A stretch of DNA of 64,000 nt from Antedon mediterranea (Eukaryota > Animalia > Echinodermata), in contig NC_092674.1 of assembly GCF_964355755.1 (NCBI RefSeq), positions 5,084,001-5,148,000 on the forward strand. The letters run 5' to 3'. Below are positions 26,301 to 39,950 of this stretch, piece by piece. Position 1 is the stretch's first letter. Each line of letters begins with the position of its first letter. Position numbers and translations under genes: made by a program. The notes under the pieces are model-generated. The model searched no databases and was not told where the DNA came from. It was given only the letters and a program-made list of their open reading frames with translations.

Positions 26301-27589
26301 ACAACAAATTTGAGGTTTATACGCACCTTAATAGTAGATATGTATTCATAACCAATTACGTAGTATTACGTATTTTAATATTGATTTTAATTATAAAGCC
26401 TAATTTTATCATTATTTAATTATTATAAAGTATAAATCGATTGTCACAACACGGTAATACCAATGCTTGATTATAATATTATAGTAATTTATATAATTAT
26501 ATAATAACATTTAATTAATTATATATTTATCTAAGACTGCACAAAAAGACATTTTGGTGATTTTGTGAAATATTAAGTTATATTTAAAGCGCCCTCCCTA
26601 CGCATTTGTTTTTCTAGGGAGACGCAATTATTAATCATGAAATGTAATTGTTATACTGTCCATGTAAATAATGAATATTCAAATAATAATTGTAAATATT
26701 CATAAGTATGAATAAGATTTATGTTAATGATGAAATAGGAACGCTATTGTTAGGATAAAACAACGGAAGAGACAGTATAGCCTACATAATTAATTGCACT
26801 GTAAAATAACCATGGGTTTTTTTTCAAATACTAGTATTGAATATTGCAACTGATTATTTGCTGATATAGGCCTAGGCCTAACCTACTGCTGCGATATTTT
26901 TGTCACTTCTCTCTGTTGATTGTGATGAAACAAGAGGTATTAGAAACTTTGTGTATTGTAGTTCTACGCTAGAAAAAAAAACAATCAGGGAATTTAAATT
27001 TGTTATTGTTACACTTTGGTATAGAATAATTGAATAGCTTTGAGGACCAACTTTATTTGAAAAATAAATGTGTATTTAGTATATTGATAACGTGGAGTTT
27101 ATATTGAAGCTTGCCTGCCAGATATTATTTTCAGTTTTTGAAACGTAGATTATACCGTAGAGTAAATAATATGGTTATTTATAACAACATTGTATTAGTA
27201 TGTGTATGTTTATTGTTTATTCTATTCATTATTCATGTACAACCAGTTTTTGCGTGCAATAAAATGCAAATTGGACAGATGACACATCATACGTGTAGAT
27301 GGTTATTGTAGGCCTATATTTCTTGTTAATAAAACCAATGTGTTTATTACTTTACTAAAGCATAATAAAAATTATTTGGTGGTAATAATGCTGCAGGGTC
27401 GAGTATTAAAGTTCACATATAGTTGTTTTTCGGGCATATTTTATTGAAATATGAATAAATAAGGAAAAAAGTAGCCTTACTAAATGATTTCGCGACGACA
27501 AAAGTAAAAGTTCCAAATTCGTTCATGAATAGGTGGCGCTAGATTACATATTTTAAATACGAAACGCTGGTGGCGACAATTTCATGCTT

Positions 27590-27617
27590 CATTGGTTTTT
27601 GGTTGTTGCTAGAAAAC
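27590..27617 (+). promoter_or_regulatory. Candidate RFX X-box plus inverted CCAAT upstream of CFAP97
   Basis: GTTGCTAGAAAAC (27605-17) ~70 bp before the ATG, ATTGG at 27591; RFX boxes are typical of ciliary gene promoters. Confidence 0.4.
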
Positions 27618-27684
27618 ATACGGAGAAATATTTCAGGTAGGAATTTTTTTTTCAAAACAAGTGTCCGAAAACCTGCATGTTATA

Positions 27685-30600
27685 ATGTCATCAAAATATT
27701 ATAAAAATGTTTATAAGGATTTAGAAGGAGATGATGGACCGGTCGATTTTGATTTTTTTGATGATGATGATGCGTCGGATAAAAGGGAACATCAATTAAA
27801 TAAGCAGCCTTTATTGACGAGTACGCCAGGCAAGGAGGAGACATTGGCCTCAACTTCGTATTCACCCCGCTCAACCGACCTGGAGTCGGCCCGTTCTGCT
27901 ACTAGCAGCCGGAGTAGTTTGAATGTTAGGTTGCCTAGCGTTTCTCCTTCAGTTGATGACGTCGTGTCTTCAGAGGAGAGTGACGATGAGACAGATAGGT
28001 CGTATAACAGAAATAATTTAAAGCAAACAAACCGTGATAGGCAAATACCAGATTCAAATAAATCTGTAAAAGAGCCAATAAAACGAATTGAACGTCCGAA
28101 AACGTGCAAACCTGGTTCACGATCACGACAACCGGAAACAAACACAAAAACAGACGATCACTCAAGTAGTGATTCAGGCAGTTATAGTTCGAGTTTCACA
28201 TCAGGTTCATCTAGCTCCAGTGGTAATTCGTCATCGTCGGGCACAGACGACGATAGCGATTCCGGTAGTGTTACTGATGTTTCGCCATTACAAAGTCCAA
28301 ATTCAACCAATACATTAAATAAAACATTTTCGTGCAGCGATGAAGAATTACCGCAAGAAAGACCAAAAACATCGAAAGTAAATTCGAGGCAAAGGCATAT
28401 TGACGGAAATGCGAAAAAATCCAAAAAAGAAAGTGTAAGATTTGCTGGCGTGAAAAAGTCAAATGGACACAAATCTGCACCTGGTTCTCGTTGGAATGAA
28501 TCTGAAGCTCAAGAATTGAGCATGTTGTTAAAAGCCGTTTTGGAGATGGAAGAAGCGCCTAAAACTCTTGTACAAATGCCAGGCAAACAGCGATCGCGTC
28601 CAACATCTGCGAAAAGCACCACATCAAATGCGTCAACGAAAAGTTTGCCACATAAGCGAATGAACATGTCATTTAGTAACGACCGTGTGCGACAGATTGA
28701 CCGAGAGAATCAAAGACTCTTGAAACAGATCATGAGTAAATCGGGTGTCAATCTGGGGAATGAAAAAGCTAGAGTGATGAAACCGAAGAAGGTAGTTGGT
28801 TCTCACATAAACACAAATGGAACGCACAGACCTGTCTTGAGTCATGCAGCCATGAGAAGGCAGAGAGAGCACAGAAGAATAGAGATAGAAAATATGGTAT
28901 GAACCTTAAATGATTTAAATTTGTAATGTGTTTTTTTTTTATATTGTAATCCTTTTTTATTCATATATCATAAAGTGCAATTTAGCTGAAAAAATGTTAC
29001 TTTTTTCCTGCTGCTAAATTTTATGAATGTATTTTTATATTTATTAATATACAGTATTATTAAAATATACCAGTTGATTTAAAAAATAATAATAAATTTT
29101 GTTACAGTAGTTTAAATCTGGCAAGATAGAGAAATTTATTAATAATATTATTAATTACTGTAATGAATATTGTTTATTATTGTTTTAGTAGTATTATTAG
29201 ATTTAGTAATAGTAATGTATGTGCAGAAGTGTTTACTGTAACACAACTGAACTCTATCTGTAACGGCACAAGTTATAATAATTAATATTTTGAAATATTT
29301 TTATTTTTATCATTATAGCAAATTTTAAAGAGGATTGAAAGTGCCAAGCCAACTCGAGACATAACAAAAGACGCCTTATTGGAAGATCATTACAGAATGA
29401 CGCAGTACGCTCAACAGGTGTCTAGGTCACCGATGAGACCGACGAGTGCCAAGTCAGCTTCAGGTATGCTTTTTTTCCTTGACCGGTAAATTGGAATATC
29501 CTCCGTGGCGAAACAGCTAAACACAGGCCCGGAGCTTATGTTCAAAAAGGCTAAAAACACCCGAGGCCTCCAGCATTGGAGGGCCACTTAGTGTTCCTAA
29601 CCCAAGGGCCTCAGGCCTCCATGTTACGCCACTGAGTAGCCTGGTGAGTGGGAGGGATTGTCATGTTTGCTTACTATAGTTAGACCTTATCTAACATTGG
29701 AGTACAGTAGTTCAATTACTGTACAATTATTGGCCCTTAAGTTTTTACTGATACTACAGTAGTATTTTATAATAATCAATTTCAATATCATTGGTTATCT
29801 TTTGTGTACATTGTACTTATCATATATGGCAAGCCAAGTCTGCCAAAAGTACACAACTCTGGTCATGTTACAGATCAATATATACTGTCTGATAACTTAA
29901 CCAAGAAAGTAGGAAGCCTTTTTTGACTGTTTTTTAATTGTCTTACCTCTAATCTAAAATCTAGAGGAAAAAAACCATACACACACAAACCACTACATAT
30001 ATAGGTCTATAGTATAATGTTTTTATCTAAATTTAAAATCGAGATTAGGGGGAAATTATTAAATTTTAGTAGTAATACAGTACCCAACAAAATGTCTATT
30101 CTCTTCTCATGATAATTGCTAGATACTTTATGCATATCATCATTTTGTTATTAAACATTTTAACCTGATGAAAAACAATATCAGGTGTTTCAAAATGCAT
30201 TGAGTGCTTACAGCCATTAACTGTTTTTATTGCAATATCTTCTTTTGTGAAACATAATCTATACCTGTTTGAATAGAAAACATAAACATCGTTATTTTTT
30301 CCGAGGACACACGTAGTAGGCGGTAAACGGCAATTAGCTGTATTGTTATAATAATTCCTTTTTAATAATATGTCCTTTAGCTCTCGCTTGTAATAAAATA
30401 TATAAATAAAGATACATTTAGCTCTCACTTGTAATATACTCTGAAAAAAAAAGATACATTTAATATCTATATTATATTTTATGCTTTATTACCTGCCTCC
30501 TATTGTTTCCCCGACATCTAGGAGAGCAAGACAGGACTTGCACTTCCTGTATAAATGTCTTACTTCTAAGTTTGATTGTGATCTTGTTTCGTTGTTTTAT

Positions 30601-31900
30601 TTTAATGTTCCTGTTCGTAATCTTTGTAGTAAACCCTTTCTTCATGTTAAATTTTCTCGTGTCAATGTTTGTAAAAATGGTATTTTCTGTAGACTCTCGT
30701 CATTGTACAATTCATGTCTTTTAAAAAATAATTCTTTAGATATTTTTAACTGTAATTTTTCTCAATTTAAATGTATTATTAATGAAATTATTTAAATTTT
30801 CTTTTTCATTTGTATATATTTATATTGGCTCATATTTTATAGTTTAGTTTTATTTTCAACCTGTTATTGGTGTTTTACACTGTTGGTTTGATATGAAGAA
30901 TAAATTAATTTTTGAATGGTTAAACTATAATAATAGTAAACCTGTGATACATGCAAGTATAAACAAGAAATATTTCTTACAGAAAACACCGCTCATCTCA
31001 CAATAACTTATCAGACATGCCTTGGCATTTGCGCATGCCCAGTCCCAGTTTCTAAATACACATTTTTTCAGCCGTAATAAACTATAAGCTATCGCATGGT
31101 AACTGTTTCTCTTGAATATAACTGCCTAAATTCTTGCATTTTGTAATTAAAAATCTGTTTTACTTCATCATTTTCACGCTGCTGCTCTAGCCCGCTACGT
31201 CACACGAGATGACTCATTCATTAGATGAAATCAAGCAGCTTTATAGTACTACACTTTGACATTTTTGTTAAAATGGAAACTCCACTATAATTTATTGGTA
31301 CCACCTGTTGAATCCAAAAACGGCTGGGAAAAGAGTCTAACGACAAATCCCAAAGCATTCTGGTATTTATGAGTCCCATGATATTACTATAATTCGCTGT
31401 CAGATAATCATTGAATTATTATCAAAACAGTCCATTGAAGTTTTTGTTTGTAATAGGATACTTGAAGTATCTAGGCATGATGAAGTGACCCCCAGACTTG
31501 ACCTTAGCAATAACAATAAGCGAGCAGCGTTTTTTGTAAGAAATATTCTTGTTTATTTAGTTTTTGCTTATTTTATCTCCATTGAGATTCAGCCAGCTAT
31601 TTATTTAATACAATTAAATAATTTTTTTAAATACATACAATTATAGTACAGTACTGTATTTTGTATTAATTCCTCTATTTAACTCAAGTGTTATTAATAA
31701 TAATCTTTTAATCTTCAATCATTTTAGGCAAAACAATGAGTGATGCAGGCAGTTTACTCAGCCTGTATAGCAATGATAGTGTTAGTAGTAAGACAGGAAG
31801 CAGCAGCTCATCTAGGCCAACAAGTGCGAAGAAAACTAGCTTTAGGCCGTCTACAGGGAGGCGGCCTAAGCAAGCATGGGATGATCACTGGCAGAGTTGA
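27685..31900 (+). CDS. CFAP97: Cilia- and flagella-associated protein 97-like (KIAA1430/hemingway family), ~509 aa
   Basis: Exons 27685-28896, 29319-29463, 31728-31900, phases 0 and 1 consistent. N-terminal acidic VDFDFFD motif, Ser/Asp-rich disordered middle, conserved NMSFSNDRVRQIDRENQRLLKQI and SHAAMRRQREHRRIEIENM|QILKRIESAKPT. Confidence 0.85.
30480..30905 (+). mobile_element. 3' fragment of a non-LTR retrotransposon (CR1/Jockey-like ORF2 C-terminus) in CFAP97 intron 2
   Basis: ORF 30481-30795 RRARQDLHFLYKCL..FNVPVRNL..CRLSSLYNS..LDIFN..FK resembles LINE ORF2 ends, followed by T-rich UTR and AATAAA. Confidence 0.65.
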
Positions 31901-32015
31901 AGAGCTTTTGTGTACCTTAAATTGTAAAGAGAACTACTGTGTAGCATATTGTATCATTAAAAACCTTTACCGGGTCCTAAGGACATAGATTTGTATGAAC
32001 ATTCACTAGTAGGAT

Positions 32016-32508
32016 CTCACAAAGATATTCCTTGAGGTCACAGTGATATTCCTTGAGGTCACAGAGATATTCCTTGAAGTCACAGAGATATGCCTTGAGG
32101 TCACAGGGATATTCCTTGAGATCACAGGGATATTCCTTGAGGTCACAGGAATATTCTTGAGGTCACATAGATATTCCTTGAGGTCACAGGGATATTCCTT
32201 GAGGTCACAGGGATATTCCTTGAGATCACAGGGATATTCCTTGAGATCACAGGGATATTCCTTGAGGTCACAGAGATATTCCTTGAGGTCACATAGATAT
32301 TCCTTGAGGTCACAGGAATATTCCTTGAGGTCACAGGGATATTTCTTGAGGTCACAGGGATATTCCTTGAGATCATAAGGATATTCCATGAGGTCACAGG
32401 GATATTCCTTGAGGTCACAGGGATATTCCTTGAGGTCACAAGGATATTCCTTGAGGTCACAGGGATATTCCTTGAAGTCACAGAGATATTCCTTGAAGTC
32501 ACAAAGAT
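32016..32508. repeat. 21-bp minisatellite (GATATTCCTTGAGGTCACAGG), ~23 copies, just 3' of the CFAP97 stop
   Basis: Unit read directly; explains the repetitive ORFs (DLKEYPC, SRNIPVT). Confidence 0.97.
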
Positions 32509-32714
32509 GTGTGTGTGTGCACGACGCGGGTACGGTACAAGCCCAAACCAAATTCACAATCATTGATGTACAGCCTATTGTACTTCTATCTATTTTATAA
32601 TGTTGTCATTGGTACAAAAAATGGTGGTTGTTATAGATTATTCTGTTCAAATGTCAAATTAGATATTTTACATTCATTTTTTAAATTTTAAATTTTTCTT
32701 TAATGGCAATATAA

Positions 32715-32818
32715 TTTAGTAAAATGTTTTGGACAAATTTACTAAAATGTTTTGGACAAATTTACTAAAATGTTTTGGACAAATTTACTAAAATGTTTTG
32801 GACAAATTTACTAAAATA
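32715..32818. repeat. 23-bp tandem repeat (TTTACTAAAATGTTTTGGACAAA) x4
   Basis: Period 23 seen directly. Confidence 0.9.
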
Positions 32819-33156
32819 CTTTTTACATCACACTGGGTTTGTGGGAGCAGTACTATAAACTATAGATATTTATTTTTCATAATTTAACTGCCACAAAAAT
32901 GTTTACATTGTTTGAATACTGTATTATATTTATTTGTTATACATACACTGTACAGTTCCAAAATGTTGAATAGTTTTTAATAGAAATGTATTACACATGC
33001 ATGGCTTGTTTTTCCTGCAGTGCTTGTACTGTACATGACGGAAGAAACTTTTAAAACACAAACAGTAGACTTTTTAAATTAGTATAATTTCAAACAGTAG
33101 AAACTGAAATAAGTTATATTGGTTTCATCATCATCGTTGCACATTATGTTCTGATA

Positions 33157-33298
33157 AAGCTCTGTATACACTACCAAACTTTATGTGACAACAAAATGTG
33201 ATGTGTCCATATATGGACATGATGATGTCATATCACTACCATATTTGGGCACATCACACTTTTTTTGTCAAACTAGTTTGATAGTGTAGATAGAGCTT
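33157..33298. mobile_element. MITE family A copy
   Basis: Both TIRs and family core. Confidence 0.88.
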
Positions 33299-33510
33299 TC
33301 AGCTGGGGATGCATACATGTCTGTAGTTCAATGTATGTTATATAACACTGAACTGAAGTAAATGGAATACAGTGTAGAAGCGTGTTATTACAGTCCTGTA
33401 GCCTGTATTCCTTTGGTGTAAAGCATGCTATATCTATACTATGAAAGCAATAGAGCGTACTTTGCGCTAAACAAATTTGGAAAAAGTCTAGTATCTCCTA
33501 TTGGTTGTTG

Positions 33511-33716
33511 GCTTGGTTCCCACTAGATTTGACATGACCAATGACAAGCGACATTTCGAACCGTCACTTGTGATTGGTCGACTCATAACAATACGTTGCG
33601 TTTATTTAACATGACCAATGATAAGCAACAGTTCGAACCGTTATTTTGATTGGTCGACTCATAACTTACGTTGTGCTGACGCCCTTGCTGCGTGCGTATC
33701 TAGTGAAATCCAAGCA
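33511..33716. mobile_element. MITE family B (CCAAT-rich)
   Basis: GCTTGGTTCCCACTAGA ... TCTAGTGAAATCCAAGC inverted ends; two ~78-bp internal repeats; related sequence at ~25875-26010. Confidence 0.65.
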
Positions 33717-34484
33717 TAAAGGACATCTTCTAGACCAAAGAAGTGTCCCCGTTAAAACATAAAGTAATTGGTTTAGATGTCTCTTTCATTTTGAATATAA
33801 AAAATACCGCTATTTCGTTAACAAGATGTTTCGTAAGCTCTCTCTCTATCTTTATCATTACGCCGCTATATTAATAATCAATTTTAGATTAAATTCAAAA
33901 TGGTATACTGGAAACATTAATATCGATACAGATACATACAGTATTTAAAAATATACCGTAAGCATAGACCTTGGTGAATTATAAAGCCTAATGCATTTTT
34001 GCGCTATTCATTTTTATTTTCTTTCAATGTTTGTATTATGTTAGAAAAAACATTAGATCGTTTTTATTGAACGTATCATCATCGCCTTGTCAGCATATAA
34101 TACTGTCTAATCACTTTACGATTTCACAACACTGTATTGTCTATATACTGTAGTATTAGGTACATATTCCACATCGATTAATAGATTTAACACAATGTGT
34201 TGATGTTGGAATATGAAATGCTCGAGGGTTTTCTGAAAATCAATTTGTCTGAGAATGTTTTAAAAATATTGTACAGGGTAGCGGAAAGTAAAGATATTGT
34301 CACCATGCTGCTGCTATAAAATGTAAATAAATATAGTTTAAACATTATGTTCTTGTTTATTCGTTTTTTTTAGCATTGAATCATAAAAGGTCCGTATTTT
34401 CCCTGATCATCGTTATTATTTTTCTAATTTGGAGCAGATAAGTTATATTTACACATATGCCTAATGATCCCCGCAAATCTGTTT

Positions 34485-34990
34485 TCTATTCCCATATTTT
34501 TTCCCTCCCTATTCCCACTTTTTGTCAACTATCTCCCTCGTCTCCTATTTGTACTTTCTTTTTCTTCAATGCCAACCTCCCTCGCCTCCCATTCCTCCTT
34601 CCTTTTATCCTATTTCCACTTTTTGTCAACTATCTCCCTCGTATCCTATTTGTCATTTCTTTGTCTTCAATGCCAACTTCCCTTGTCTCCTATTCCCTCC
34701 TTCTTTTCATCCTATTCCCACTTTTTGTCAACTATTTCCCTGGTAGCCTATTTGTACTTTCTTTTTCTTTAATGCCAACTTCCCTCGTCTCCCATCCCTC
34801 CTTTCTTTCATCCTATTCCCTCCTTCCTTGCATCCTATTTCTCCTCCTTCCTGGCGTCCTATTCCCTCCTTCCTATTCGCACTTTCACTGTCTTCTCTGT
34901 CAACCTCCTTCCTCTCATTCCCACCATTAATACCATTCCCTCCTCCCTTTGTGTAATAATATTCTCGCTTCCTAATCCTCCTCATTTTTA
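34485..34990. repeat. Pyrimidine-rich tandem repeat, ~102-bp unit, 3+ copies decaying into simple repeats
   Basis: CCACTTTTTGTCAACTATYTCCCT recurs at ~34515, 34617, 34718. Confidence 0.85.
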
Positions 34991-35589
34991 ACTCGTTTTA
35001 TCAAATCCTCCAAACCATCATCTCAGCGTTCATGAAAGATATTTCCAACATGATCGATTTCAAATGCCAACATTTATCCTCATTCGTAGCATTCTACTCG
35101 TCAATGGGCCAGGCCTACATGCATAACAATGAGTAGAGAGGTTTATCAATTCTGGAGGGTGAACTAAGCTGGTACATCATAGTGTTCATATTAAGATACG
35201 GTACAATCAATTATTAATGTATGCTCAAAATGGAAAAATTATGGTTGTTCATAAGACAAAAAACAACTGCATATCTGATATTAAATGCTTTCCAATTTGT
35301 CATCCCTACAATTAACGGTATTGTGCCACCGTTCATGAATCAATATTTACAACCCGTTGCTTAGCAATCAATTAGATAAGGAAGGATGTTTTAAAAAGAG
35401 ATAAGAGCAACAACTGATGTCGAAAGTAACACTATTCATTTTGTTTTATGTTCACTTGAGTTCATGATTGTGTTCATTGTTTTATATTGCCTTGGAGTAC
35501 CGATTTATGATGACAAATAATATTCTTTATATTTTATTTTAAAATCAAATTATAAAGCACACCATACACCACAAACGCCTACTGCTGTC

Positions 35590-38500
35590 AGCCCTTTTAT
35601 TTTTTCGTCAAAACCGGTTACTATGACTCTATAAGATGAAGATAACGCAATATATGTGTATATATGACAATATTATTGCATAATAATTGAATTTTAAAAA
35701 GTCGAAATTTTGCCCATTTTTTAACAAATTTTCGAAAAATGACCATATTTAGACCCCTTCATTTTTCGTCAAAACTAGTTACTATGACTCTATATGATGA
35801 TGATAACGCAATATATGTGTATATATGGCAATATGATTGCATAATAATTGAATTTAAAAAATATTTTGGCCTTTTTTTAACAAATCCCTGTACTATAATA
35901 GTACAGGGAAATTTTCATAATAACCCTTATGTGATTTTGCGCATGTCAAAATATGTTACGTACAATAATTAAAAGGGTCGAAATTTTCCCTACTATACCG
36001 TAGTACAGGGAATTTTTCGGAAAATGACCACATTTTGACCCTTTAGTTTTCCAACAAAACTGGTTACTATGACTTTATAAGATGATGATAACGCAATATA
36101 TGTGCATATGCCTATATGGTAATATTATTGCATAATAATTGAATTTTAAAAAATCCAAATTTTGACCCTTTTATTTTTCGACAAAACTGGTTACTATGAC
36201 TCTGATGATGATAACGCAATATATGTGCATATATGGTAATATTATTGCATAACTAATTTTTTTTTAAATCGATATTTTCGCCATTTTTGAAAAAATACAT
36301 ATTGGTGGCTTACTTAATTCTAAAGTTGTGTATAAACAAATATTATAAATTATTATAAATCCGAATAGTATTTTTTGGAATATTTAAGTAGTACTGAATT
36401 TAAATTATGAATATATTACATTTCAATTATAAATTTTCAAAAAATGGCCGATTTTCGACCATTTTATTTTTTTACATAAATGGTTACTATAGTATAATAA
36501 ACATGCGCAGAGTCGAATAATAGGTTCTGCGCATGTCAATTTTGCTATAGTAACAACTTTTGACATAAATGGTTACTATAGTATAATAAACATGCGCAGA
36601 GTCGAATAATGGGTTCTGCGCATGTCAATTGTGCTATAGTAACCACTTTTGACATAAATGGTTACTATAGTATAATAAACATACGCAGAGGCGAATAATG
36701 GGTTCTGCGCATGTCAATTGTGCTATAGTAACCAGTTTTATCGAAAAATAAAAAGGTCGAAAATTTGCCATTTTTGGAAAAATCCCTTTGCTATAGTACA
36801 TGGAATTTTTCGAAAAAATGGCCGATTTTCGACCCTTTTATTTTTTGACATAAATGGTTACTATAGTATAATAAACATGCGCAGATTCGAATAATGGGGT
36901 CTGCGCATGTCAATTGTGCTATAGTAACCACTTTTGACATAAATGGTTACTATAGTATAATAAACATGCGCAGAGGCGAATAATGGGTTCTGTGCATGTC
37001 AATTGTGCTATAGTAACCAGTTTTATCGAAAAATAAAAAGGTCGAAAATTTGCTTTTTTTTTAAAAATCCCTTTGCTATAGTACATGGAAATTTTCGAAA
37101 AATGGCCGATTTTCCACACTTTTATTTTTTTTACATAAGTGGTTACTATAGCATAATAAACTTGCGCAGAGTCGAATAATGGGTTCTGCGCATGTCAATA
37201 TGGCTATAGTAACCAGTTTTATCGAAAAATAAAAAGGTCGAAAATTTGCCATTTTAAAAAAAAAATCCCTGTACAGGGAAAGTTTCGAAAAAATGGCCGA
37301 TTTTCGACCTTTTTATTTTTTGACATAAATGGTTACTATAATATAATAAACATGCGCAGATTCAAATAATGGGTTCTGCGCATGTCAATTGTGCTATAGT
37401 AACCACTTTTGACATAAATGGTTACTATAGTATAATAAACATGCGCAGAGGCGAATAATGGGTTCTGCGCATGTCAATTGTGCTATAGTAACCAGTTTTA
37501 TCGAAAAATAAAAAGGTCGAAAATTTGCTATTTTTTTTGAAAAAATCCCTGTACTATAGTTCAGGGAAATTTTCGAACAATGGCCGATTTTCGACCCTTT
37601 TATTTTTTGACATAAATGGTTACTATAATATAATAAAAATGCGCAGATTCGAATAATGGGTTCTGCGCATGTCAATTGTGCTATAGTAACCACTTTTGAC
37701 ATAAATGGTTACTATAGTATAATAAACATACGCAGAGCCGAATAATGGGTTCTGCGCATGTCAATTGTGCTATAGTAACCAGTTTTATCGAAAAATAAAA
37801 AGGTCGAAAATTTTCCATTTTTGGACAAATCCCTTTGCTATAGTACATGGAATTTTTCGAAAAAATGGCCCATTTTCGACCCTTTTATTTTTTGACATAA
37901 ATGGTTACTATAGTATAATAAACATGCGCAGATTCGAATAATGGGGTCTGCGCATGTCAATTGTGCTATAGTAACCACTTTTGACATAAATGGTTACTAT
38001 AGTATAATAAACATGCGCATAGGCGAATAATGGGTTCTGTGCATGTCAATTGTGCTATAGTAACCAGTTTTATCGAAAAATAAAAAGGTCGAAAATTTGC
38101 TATTTTTTTTGAAAAAATCCCTGTGCTATAGTACATGGAAATTTTCGAAAAATGGCCGATTTTCCACACTTTTATTTTTTTACATAAGTGGTTACTATAG
38201 CATAATAAACTTGCGCAGAGTCGAATAATGGGTTCTGCGCATGTCAATTGTGCTATAGTAACCACTTTTGACATAAATGGTTACTATAGTATAATAAACA
38301 TGCGCAGAGCCGAATAATGGGTTCTGCGCATGTCAATTGTGCTATAGTAACCAGTTTTATCGAAAAATAAAAAGGTCGAAAATTTGCCATTTTTTGAAAA
38401 ATCCTTGTGCTCTAGTACATGGAAATTTTCGAAAAATGGCCGATTTTCGACCCTTTTATTTTTTGACATAAATGGTTACTATAGAATAATAAACATGCGC

Positions 38501-39950
38501 AGAGTCGAATAATGGGGTCTGCGCATGTCAATTGTGCTATAGTAACCACTTTGACATAAATGGTTACTATAGTATAATAAACATGCGCAGAGGCGAATAA
38601 TAGGTTCTGTGCATGGCAATTGTACTATAGTAACCAGTTTTATCGAAAAATAAAAAGGCCGAAAATTAGCTATTTTTTTGAAAAAATCCCTGTACTATAA
38701 GTACAGGGAAATTTTCGAAAAAATGGTCGATTTTCGACCCTTTTATTTTTTGACATAAATGGTTACTATAATATAATAAAGATGCGCAGATTCGAATAAT
38801 GGGTTCTGCGCATGTCAATTGTGCTATAGTAACCACTTTTGACTTAAATGGTTACTATAGTATAATAAACATGCGCAAAGGCGAATAATGGGTTCTGCGC
38901 ATGTCAATTGTGCTATAGTAACCAGTTTTATCGAAAATCAAAAAGGTCCAAAATTTGCCATTTTTTGAAAAATCCCTGTGCTATCGTACATGGAAATTTT
39001 CAAAAAAATGGCCGATTTTCGACCATTTTATTTTTCGTCAAAACTGGTTACTATGACTCTATATGATCATGATGACGCAATATATGTGCATATATGGTAA
39101 TATTATGGCATTACAATTGAATTTTAAATAGTCGATATTTGGCCATTTTTTAACAAATCCCTGTACAGGAAAATTTTCGAAAAATGACCATATTTCGACC
39201 TTTTATTTTTCGAAAAAACTGGTTACTATGACTCTATATGATCATGATAACGCAATATATGTCCATATATGGCAATATTATTGGATAATAATTGAATTTT
39301 AAAATGTCGATATTTTGGCCATTTTTGAACAAATCCCTGTACTATAATACAGGGAAATTTTCGAAAAATGACCATATTTCGACCTTTTATTTTTCGACAA
39401 AACTGGTTACTATGACTCTATATGATCATGATAATGCAATATATGTCCATATATGGAATTATTGGATAATAATTGAATTTTAAAATGTCGATATTTTGGC
39501 CATTTTTGAACAAATCCCTGTACTATAATACAGGGAAATTTTCAAAAAATGACCATATTTCGACCTTTTATTTTTCGACAAAACTGGTTACTATGACTCT
39601 ATATGATCATGATGACGCAATATATGTCCATATATGGAAATATTATTGGATAATAATTGAATTTTAAAATGTCGATATTTTGGCCATTTTTGAACAAATC
39701 CCTGTACTATAGTACAGGAAATTTTCGAAAAATGGCCAATTTTCGACCCTTTTATTTTTTGACATAGTAACTAGTTTTATTGAAAAATAAAAAGGTCGAA
39801 AATTTGCAATTTTTTTGAAAAACTCCCTGCACTATAATGATAACGCAATATATGTGCATATATGGTATTATTATTGCATAACAATTGAATTTTAAAAATA
39901 TTTTGGTTAAACTGGTTACTATGGCCAAAATGGCCAAATTTAGATCCTTT
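35590..39950. repeat. Complex satellite array: central ~286-bp higher-order repeat (2 x ~90-bp + ~106-bp palindromic subunits) flanked by a related ~183-bp repeat
   Basis: Core 36440-39030: GGTTACTATAG...TGCGCAGA...TCTGCGCA...CTATAGTAACC units; flanks carry GGTTACTATGACTCTATATGATCATGAT units. Confidence 0.95.

Noticed and set aside
32006-32600. Repetitive ORFs (DLKEYPC, SRNIPVT, LRSQGYS)
   Set aside because: By-products of a 21-bp minisatellite open in several frames on both strands.
34457-34985. Hydrophobic 157-aa ORF resembling a membrane protein
   Set aside because: Arises from a pyrimidine-rich tandem repeat.
36919-38469. Repeated 60-102 aa ORFs (TIAQLTCAEPIIRLCA)
   Set aside because: Translations of satellite units with no protein-like features.
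36440-39030. CRISPR-like look of palindromic repeats at regular spacing
   Set aside because: Intervening sequences are themselves repeats, not unique spacers; no cas genes; eukaryotic context.
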